DNA of 12,360 bases from Oligoflexia bacterium (GTDB taxonomy: Bacteria > Bdellovibrionota > Bdellovibrionia > JABDDW01), in assembly GCA_043732305.1 (NCBI GenBank), contig JAYTHU010000130.1:1-12360 (forward strand), read 5' to 3'. The translations under genes were made by a program, and so were the position numbers. This document shows positions 1 through 5,688 of the stretch, piece after piece (the first letter of the stretch is position 1; every line of letters begins with the position of its first letter). Below the pieces are notes generated by a model. That model saw only the letters and a list, made by a program, of their open reading frames with translations. It ran no database searches and was not told the origin of the DNA.

Positions 1-974
1 CCTGGCTTTGAATTGATGACCTCACTCCAATACTCTTGGACTTCTGTTTTAAAGTATTTTGATTTTAAAAGGTAAAATCTCAACAGCGTCAATTTGTCAA
101 AAACGTCAAGCTTGCCTTTCAGATCTTCAATCTCGAGCCGAGAAATATTTTGGCTTTGATTTGTCACATTTATTGATTTTGAAAGTTTTGCGGTAACGGC
201 GGGCAGATTCACCATTTCAACTATAGGATAGGGAGTCCAAAGAGCTCTGGTCATATAGTCTGCCATTTTTGTTGGGTAATCATTTTTTAACGGGAAATAG
301 GGAAGTCCTGCGTAGGCCAAAACCATTCTTACAAGTGACGCACAGTTTTGCCCCAACAAATAATAGGAAGCTTTGAGTTTTCCATTCTGAAGATCAAAAA
401 TGGCTTGAACAATATTTTTTCTTTGTTGAGAAGTGGTGGGGATGATGTGTCGATCTAGAAGTCTTGATTGGTCCGAAACATATTTTCCGACGAATTCAAA
501 TAGGGGTAAAGACTCAATTGAAATAGGGTAACTTCCAGTAAAAAAGCCAAAGGCTATTTTACCGATAGCCAGCATTTTTTCATCCACGTGCGCGCGAGAA
601 TTTTGCATCGTTGCCGTGTTGTCATCGGTGACTCCTGCACCAAAACTCACGACAATATCATTGAGTGGGTCGTCGTCATCATCCACTAGTCTCAACATAG
701 AATGACCCCATTGACTCATGATAGACATTTTGTCTTCGCCGGCTGTCATGATTTCTATACCAATGATATTTCTGTGGTGGAGTTCGCTCAGCGTCTTGTC
801 CGTATCCGCCATTTGGGAACCCCGGTCTACTTTCTGCTGAATTACAATGCGATTAAATTCTTCATGTTTCAAGCGAATCTCGTCCTTGCCAAGGAATCCC
901 GGTTTCAATGAGGGATGCCCATAGGCTAGATTTGAGACGGTAATAAATAGGAGTACTAAGCCTGCCTGCTTCAA
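1..974 (-). CDS. Exported DUF4105 (Lnb-N-like)/permuted NlpC-P60 papain-fold protein, partial (runs off left edge)
   Basis: Manual translation of the minus strand gives an open frame from TTG at 974 (or 977) to the window edge: (M)KQAGLVLLFITVSNLAYGHPSLKP...EIMTAGEDKMSIMSQWGHSMLRLVDDDDDPLNDIVVSFG...FFTGSYP...KYVSDQSRLLDRH...SYYLLGQNCASLVRMVL. The motifs S-x-WGHS-x-LR (His at 702-704), TG-x-YP and Y-x4-NC (Cys at 342-344) match the DUF4105 pattern. It has an N-terminal signal peptide, and an AAGGGA SD lies 6 nt upstream of TTG 974. Not in the supplied ORF track. Confidence 0.8.
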   Translation of the reverse strand, partial: MKQAGLVLLFITVSNLAYGHPSLKPGFLGKDEIRLKHEEFNRIVIQQKVDRGSQMADTDKTLSELHHRNIIGIEIMTAGEDKMSIMSQWGHSMLRLVDDDDDPLNDIVVSFGAGVTDDNTATMQNSRAHVDEKMLAIGKIAFGFFTGSYPISIESLPLFEFVGKYVSDQSRLLDRHIIPTTSQQRKNIVQAIFDLQNGKLKASYYLLGQNCASLVRMVLAYAGLPYFPLKNDYPTKMADYMTRALWTPYPIVEMVNLPAVTAKLSKSINVTNQSQNISRLEIEDLKGKLDVFDKLTLLRFYLLKSKYFKTEVQEYWSEVINSKP

Positions 975-977
975 CAA

Positions 978-1499
978 TTATCCCTTTACTTCAGAAAGAC
1001 CAACGTGGTTTGGCGCCTGCGTAGGATCATAGTCGTTTTCAATACAGTCATTTTTCTGATTTACATTTGGTAAATGATATTTGAATCCTTGGGCGTCGGA
1101 CTGGGAATTTGAAAAACTAGAGGACTCATTGTGATATCCTCCAAGGAGCATTATCGACAACCCTCCCCCTTTAGAGGCTTGGCCGGATTGGGATGCGGAA
1201 TGGGACTCAGATCTTTCTGCTGAGACGTCCCTTGTAAGATGAACTTTTTGAGTATTTAGCCCTTGGGAGGTCGCATACCCTATGCATTCTTTTCTCATTA
1301 TTGAAAATGCTTCGCTGCGATTCTGATTTGTGCCTTCAAATGCTCCATCAACAGATTTGGGATTTACCAATTGGAACAATTGATTTTTTCCTTCATCTAT
1401 ATAAATGCAACTGGCGGTACAGCTCCAAATTTTTTCTGTTGCTGCAAAGGCAGAGAAACTAGTCAACGTGATTATCAAAACTTGCAAAAGTATTTTCAT
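978..1499 (-). CDS. Secreted hypothetical protein (173 aa, 4 Cys, Ser-rich central segment)
   Basis: ORF 978..1568, with the start reassigned to ATG 1499 (AGGAG SD 6 nt upstream; the alternative ATG 1505 overlaps the upstream stop as ATGA). Signal peptide MKILLQVLIITLTSFSAFA; WSCTASC motif plus two further Cys. Confidence 0.8.
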   Translation of the reverse strand: MKILLQVLIITLTSFSAFAATEKIWSCTASCIYIDEGKNQLFQLVNPKSVDGAFEGTNQNRSEAFSIMRKECIGYATSQGLNTQKVHLTRDVSAERSESHSASQSGQASKGGGLSIMLLGGYHNESSSFSNSQSDAQGFKYHLPNVNQKNDCIENDYDPTQAPNHVGLSEVKG

Positions 1500-1501
1500 C
1501 T

Positions 1502-2923
1502 TCATCTCCTCTGTTCTGGTCTGTAGGTGGCTAAGCATTGCTCGTCGGAGTACTTTCGTTTGGCACAAAGTTCTTTGACAATTTGTCTATTGAGATTTGG
1601 ATTTGTATTTTGGGCAAGCAGGGCTTTGATGCCTGGAGCTTCATTTTCTTTTGTCAGATCCAGCTTGGGACAATTCAAAATTGTCCGAAGAACTTCCAAA
1701 TTAGTTTCACTTTTTTGACCATCGCTCCCCAAGGCAAGAGTAACAAGGCCGAGATCGTTCACAGTTATTTGAGACTGCTTCAAAAATAGATTCAACGTCT
1801 TTAAACTTTGAAAGTAGGCTGAGATTTGCAGTCCATTTAAATTCCAATTTAAGATAGAGTTGAGAGGCGTTTTTGAATCTTTGTAGAGTGCCTTTATTGT
1901 CTCAGGAATATCGGCGATGATGGCTTGCGCAATAGCAGATCGGTAATCTTGAGCGGTCCAGATTCCAACAGCCTTTCTGTCATTTATGATTTTGAAGCCT
2001 AAGTCTCCCCATCCCCTGGACATGGCAATTTCCACGAAGTTTGATTGACCAAATATTTTTAGATTAGGGTAGAGCGATGCAAATTTGTAATATTCAGCTT
2101 CATTTTTTATATTGACCACAACATTGGAAAGCTTGTTGTCAGCCTCTTCTTGAGATTTTGAGTTCAGGAGGTCTTGGATTACTTTCTGATCTCCGGCGTA
2201 CAAAATATTTTGTATAGGCATGACTTTTCGCGCAGAAATCGCTCTCTCATTGTAACTGAGACTTGGATCTCCCATACGTAAAATATCTTCTTTATAAGGT
2301 TCCAAATCTGGAAGATAACGATGAACTTCTAGATTATTTTTTTCCATTTGGTATTTAAATGATTCGGTCGGAAGATTTGATTGGATGACGGCGGTCATGC
2401 TCCTTACTTTAATGTTTCTCATATAGGTGTCATCGGGAATGAAGCTGTGCATAAGTTCGTGAACTACTCCGTAACCTTGATCTTCTTCGGGCATTGCACC
2501 CGGTCCTTTTTTAAAACCGGCCATGCTCAAATAAATATCATCATTGAGCCTGATGGCCATTTGAGATTTTTTGCCGGGGAGTTGATAATAGGTGAGACCA
2601 TTGAGATCTTCGGTCGTAATATCTTTAATGCTTCCATCAATTTTGCATATGCCGGTGCTTCGAGACTCCTGTCTGAGCGCATGAGCAAAATACCAATGGG
2701 TATTTTCAAGTTTTTTTAAAATACCGTCGAAGGCAGGAACATCATTGACAAACTGGTCAGTATGAACCCAAAGACAGTTGCTGTTGTCCACGAGATCTCT
2801 GAGCCTGGTGCGGCCCTCAATCTTCACATTGTCTCCACCCTTGGTTCCATCTCCAGCTAGAGTGACCTCTGCGAAAGTCAAAATAGTGGCACCTATCAGT
2901 AAATTCAGTAAAATATTTTTCAT
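1502..2923 (-). CDS. Secreted protein with HExxH zinc-metallopeptidase-like motif and C-terminal degenerate ankyrin-like repeats
   Basis: 473-aa ORF with a GGGGAG SD and an ATGA overlap with the upstream gene. The signal peptide ends VTLA and is followed by GDGTKGGD. VVHELMHS motif (HELMH at 2447-2461). C-terminal helix-turn-helix units such as FVEIAMSRGWGDLGFKII, AIAQAIIADIPETIKALY and GLQISAYFQSLKTLNLFL. Confidence 0.7.
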   Translation of the reverse strand: MKNILLNLLIGATILTFAEVTLAGDGTKGGDNVKIEGRTRLRDLVDNSNCLWVHTDQFVNDVPAFDGILKKLENTHWYFAHALRQESRSTGICKIDGSIKDITTEDLNGLTYYQLPGKKSQMAIRLNDDIYLSMAGFKKGPGAMPEEDQGYGVVHELMHSFIPDDTYMRNIKVRSMTAVIQSNLPTESFKYQMEKNNLEVHRYLPDLEPYKEDILRMGDPSLSYNERAISARKVMPIQNILYAGDQKVIQDLLNSKSQEEADNKLSNVVVNIKNEAEYYKFASLYPNLKIFGQSNFVEIAMSRGWGDLGFKIINDRKAVGIWTAQDYRSAIAQAIIADIPETIKALYKDSKTPLNSILNWNLNGLQISAYFQSLKTLNLFLKQSQITVNDLGLVTLALGSDGQKSETNLEVLRTILNCPKLDLTKENEAPGIKALLAQNTNPNLNRQIVKELCAKRKYSDEQCLATYRPEQRR

Positions 2924-3486
2924 TTCAACTCCCCGTTATTTAAACTCTTGGCTTTGAGATTTTCTTTAATGGCATCCAAAAGTTCATTTTGGGTGGCGAG
3001 ACGCTTTTTGCAGAGGGTGCCGGTGTAATCAAGATTTGCAACGATATCCGCAACATCCATTGCAGGAACATTGAAGGCCTTGGCAATTTTTTGCAGATGA
3101 TACCCTACTCCTACGCGCGCTTCTTCAATGGTGGCGATGACTTCATCCATGTTTTTTGATTTCCAGGCAAGATATTTGACAGTGGTAGGAACTGTTGTGG
3201 CGCCTGCGGAAGTTGCCACTCCCACTCCCACACCGATGCTAGTTCCAACACTATCCGCCTCCGCCGGACCTAAGACTAAGATTCCCTTTCCAACCGAGAA
3301 GGTGCCTGCGACACCACTTCCCATAAATCCCATCAAACCCGCCATCATAAACTTGTCGCCTTGATTACCTGTATCTGGATTAAAGATTTGATTTTTCACT
3401 TCTAAGTAAGCATCCCTGCAGCCCGCAGCTAAAGCTACGTTGCAAAACCCGGTCAAAATCACTAATAAAATAATTTTCATTTTCAT
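2920..3486 (-). CDS. Exported hypothetical protein with Gly-rich hydrophobic (glycine-zipper-like) hairpin; possible lipoprotein
   Basis: 188-aa ORF whose ATG directly follows the upstream TAG, with an AAGGA SD about 8 nt upstream. Signal peptide MKMKIILLVILTGFCNVALA-AGC. Two Gly-rich apolar segments (FMMAGLMGFMGSGVAGTFSVG; VGTSIGVGVGVATSAGATTV) and a helical C-terminus. Confidence 0.8.
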   Translation of the reverse strand: MKMKIILLVILTGFCNVALAAGCRDAYLEVKNQIFNPDTGNQGDKFMMAGLMGFMGSGVAGTFSVGKGILVLGPAEADSVGTSIGVGVGVATSAGATTVPTTVKYLAWKSKNMDEVIATIEEARVGVGYHLQKIAKAFNVPAMDVADIVANLDYTGTLCKKRLATQNELLDAIKENLKAKSLNNGELK

Positions 3487-4305
3487 CTATTTCTTCCTTC
3501 CGCTTTCGCGATTTAATCTAAAAAAATAAGTTCCCAGGTGATAAAGTTTTGTTTTTTTCTTAGCCTTTGATGTCAAGTTGGACATTTTTGCAAAGAATTC
3601 TTCTGTCAAAGTTTCCGCTTGTTCTAATTGTTCATCGCCAATGGCGATATTTTCCGTGCGCACGATGCGTTCATGGAATTCCTGTCCCTCGAGACTATCT
3701 GCGGCTTTTCCCAGCATTTGCCGATGGTAATTGTGAAGACTCTGAGTAGAAATTTTAGCGTTTACAAAGATGTCGGTGGAGGATCTCAGGTATTGTCCGT
3801 CTTTACTTATTTCCACAAGACCCAAGCGGATAAGTCTGTCCAAAGCAACTTCGGCCTGCCTTCTGTCAATACCAACGGCCGCTGCTAGAGTTTCAATGTT
3901 TTTATTTTTCAAATCCAAAGTAAGAATTCCCAAGAGGGCCAGGTGAAACCAGTCGGAGATCAGAGAAAACATATCTACTTCAAGATTATGAACCGGGCCC
4001 CGTGGATTGAGTCCCTCTATTTTTTTTTGAATCGCTGATTTCAAATCAAGTTTTTTTGCTGAATCCCTCTTCACAAGAAGGCAAAAATAATCGACTTCTT
4101 TGCTTTTGAGGCCAAGATTGGTCGCAATAGTTAGAGCCATTCCATAAGAAAGGTTTTTCTTGCCGCTGAGAACTTCAGAAAAAGAAGATGGAGCCATTCC
4201 CAATTGCTTGGCAATTAAGCGCAGGGAAAATTTTGGATTCTTGCTCTGTTTCTCCAAAATCACATTTTTCAAGAATTTTCTATAATCGCTGTAATCGAAA
4301 ATCAT
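3487..4305 (-). CDS. TIGR02147 family protein (N-terminal XRE-like HTH, C-terminal DUF4423), putative transcriptional regulator
   Basis: 272 aa with the family hallmarks IFDYSDYRKFL...KNPKFSLR.IAKQLG....FSEVLSGKKNLS, then ISDWFHLAL, LDRLIRLGLV, LHNYHRQML.KA..SL, ER, and C-terminal LYHL...FF.L. Confidence 0.92.
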   Translation of the reverse strand: MIFDYSDYRKFLKNVILEKQSKNPKFSLRLIAKQLGMAPSSFSEVLSGKKNLSYGMALTIATNLGLKSKEVDYFCLLVKRDSAKKLDLKSAIQKKIEGLNPRGPVHNLEVDMFSLISDWFHLALLGILTLDLKNKNIETLAAAVGIDRRQAEVALDRLIRLGLVEISKDGQYLRSSTDIFVNAKISTQSLHNYHRQMLGKAADSLEGQEFHERIVRTENIAIGDEQLEQAETLTEEFFAKMSNLTSKAKKKTKLYHLGTYFFRLNRESGRKK

Positions 4306-4311
4306 TTAGCG

Positions 4312-4340
4312 TTTGTAGGTCACAATTTTTGAGTTTGCAA
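4312..4340 (-). promoter_or_regulatory. Candidate sigma70 promoter for the TIGR02147 operon (possibly a leaderless transcript)
   Basis: Minus strand TTGCAA (4340-4335), a 17-nt spacer, then TACAAA (4317-4312), 6 nt before ATG 4305. No SD precedes the ATG. The -10 element lacks the conserved final T. Confidence 0.4.
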
Positions 4341-4345
4341 GAGTA

Positions 4346-4381
4346 TAGCGAATTATCTAGTCGCTAAAGCGAACAGTCGCT
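4346..4381. promoter_or_regulatory. Array of four alternately oriented AGCGA/TCGCT half-sites; candidate operator
   Basis: TAGCGA(4346-4351)-N9-TCGCTA(4361-4366) and AGCGA(4368-4372)-N4-TCGCT(4377-4381); the central TCGCT-AA-AGCGA is also an inverted repeat. It lies just upstream of the -35 element of the HTH gene. Confidence 0.45.
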
Positions 4382-4517
4382 CAGGAGAGGAGCCGCCTCA
4401 CTCAAATGCTCGCGCCAGAAATCATTGTTAGATCCACTCAACATAATTTGTATTGTCTCGCCCATACGGTTCTCCATTATTTCAAGCGAGTTATCTCATT
4501 TTAGAACTTCCAACTTT

Positions 4518-4946
4518 TTAATGTTGTGAAATCCAATCTTGAACTTTTTTAATCGCTCCTGCTTGATCTAAAGTCCCCGCTTGAAGTTCAAGGCAAATTT
4601 GATTTTCCAAGATGTCTTTGTCATGTGCTTCAACAATGGGTTGGGGCCAAAGATTTTTTATATTATTTGATCCCCCAACGCAAAGTGGGTAAAGATGATC
4701 AAATTCATAATTGGGCCACTGAGATTGAGGAATCCCCCCGTACTGCTGAGCCACTTGTAATTTTTCTGGTTGCTGCACATTACGATTACAGCGGGCTACA
4801 TGGCTTGGATAAGCAAAACCTAAAAAATCAGGATCTTGTTGTGAACACAAAAAACCAGGCGTTAAATTTGAATTAGGTTTAGTGGCGTGTGCGGATAAAC
4901 TGATGAAAAGAAGAGAAATCCCGATTGCACAATTAAATAGTCGCAC
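4518..4946 (-). CDS. Secreted HNH (beta-beta-alpha-metal) endonuclease-like protein
   Basis: 142 aa with a GTG start and GGGGAG SD. Signal peptide ends SAHA. Motifs P....TPG..C and YEFDHLYPLCVGGSNNIKNLWPQ....AHDKD.LEN..C are typical of small exported HNH-family proteins. Confidence 0.82.
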   Translation of the reverse strand: MRLFNCAIGISLLFISLSAHATKPNSNLTPGFLCSQQDPDFLGFAYPSHVARCNRNVQQPEKLQVAQQYGGIPQSQWPNYEFDHLYPLCVGGSNNIKNLWPQPIVEAHDKDILENQICLELQAGTLDQAGAIKKVQDWISQH

Positions 4947-5097
4947 AACACTCCCCGAAAGTTATACCGCCTTATTATTAAGGGTTACAGAATCGTTCCA
5001 CACCTAGCACCGGATAACAAATTAAATTACTTTAAATTTCTGAAGTTCGCGACTTGTCTGAGGAATATTGAAAAAATATATTTGTGCCGCGTAAAGT

Positions 5098-5126
5098 TTG
5101 ACTTAAGACAAAGGACCTTCTAACTT
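5098..5126 (+). promoter_or_regulatory. Candidate sigma70 promoter for the 5157..5579 gene
   Basis: TTGACT (5098-5103), a 17-nt spacer and TAACTT (5121-5126), 30 nt upstream of ATG 5157. Confidence 0.5.
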
Positions 5127-5156
5127 TTATGGAGTTCTACGACAAAAGGGGTAAAT

Positions 5157-5579
5157 ATGAAAAGTGCGATTGTCATTGTTGCGGGATTATTTTTTAGCCT
5201 ATCGGCACTGTGTAGAACGGTTTGTGAGACAACTGATACAATCAATTTAGAAAGATCTGAAAAATTAAAACTAAAGTATGAAGTTGCTTCTAATATTCAA
5301 ATTCAAAACATAATGATCGTACTCTTCGATATAAAAACAGGAACGTTTCATAAAGTTATCGGCCAAGCCAAATGTATGGCAGATCCAAATTACAACCCAT
5401 CAAATCTAAAGGCTAAATTATTTTCTCGCTTCGATCTTTCGGAAAATAAAATAGATGACTACGACTTGTTTCTTCCTAAAAACATTTCTCAGCTAAATAC
5501 ATTTGAAGCGTATTTGACAATAGCTTTTGATCATAGCCGGCCAGTGACAAGACAGCTGCAATGTCGTTCGGTCAATTAG
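5157..5579 (+). CDS. Secreted hypothetical protein (140 aa, Cys near both ends of the mature chain, beta-rich)
   Basis: AAGGGG SD; signal peptide MKSAIVIVAGLFFSLSA; the mature region starts with ..TVC and ends with LQCRSVN; no recognisable domain. Confidence 0.75.
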   Translation: MKSAIVIVAGLFFSLSALCRTVCETTDTINLERSEKLKLKYEVASNIQIQNIMIVLFDIKTGTFHKVIGQAKCMADPNYNPSNLKAKLFSRFDLSENKIDDYDLFLPKNISQLNTFEAYLTIAFDHSRPVTRQLQCRSVN

Positions 5580-5628
5580 ACTCACTGGATTTTGCAAAGT
5601 TAGCTGCATTGCCCCTCTGAGACTCCTA

Positions 5629-5646
5629 CATTACATGCATGTAATG
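5629..5646. promoter_or_regulatory. Perfect 18-bp palindrome CATTACATGCATGTAATG; CusR/HprR/CopR-type response-regulator box
   Basis: Perfect palindrome 42 nt upstream of the TolC start. Its ATTACA-N4-TGTAAT core resembles the boxes of heavy-metal OmpR-family regulators, and such a regulator is encoded in the same gene block. Confidence 0.7.
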
Positions 5647-5688
5647 ATCCGCCAATCTACCTGTCATGTTGGTGGCGGATATTAACGT

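Noticed and set aside
702..911. 69-aa plus-strand ORF
   Set aside because: Antisense shadow of the DUF4105-like gene; no motifs.
1500..1568. N-terminal extension (MCQTKVLRR...) of the 978..1568 ORF
   Set aside because: It overlaps the upstream gene; the SD and signal peptide point to ATG 1499 (or 1505).
972..3489. In-frame stop-start junctions (TAG-ATG at 3489-3484; TAA-TTG at 980-975) suggesting readthrough, recoding or split pseudogenes
   Set aside because: Each downstream ORF has its own SD and signal peptide, and the upstream proteins look complete; translational coupling explains the junctions.
1527..4876. Short ORFs 1527-1718, 1538-1789, 2381-2719, 2527-2709, 3128-3364, 3567-3749, 3628-3888 and 4625-4876
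   Set aside because: They lie wholly within longer motif-bearing genes, antisense or out of frame, with no independent evidence.
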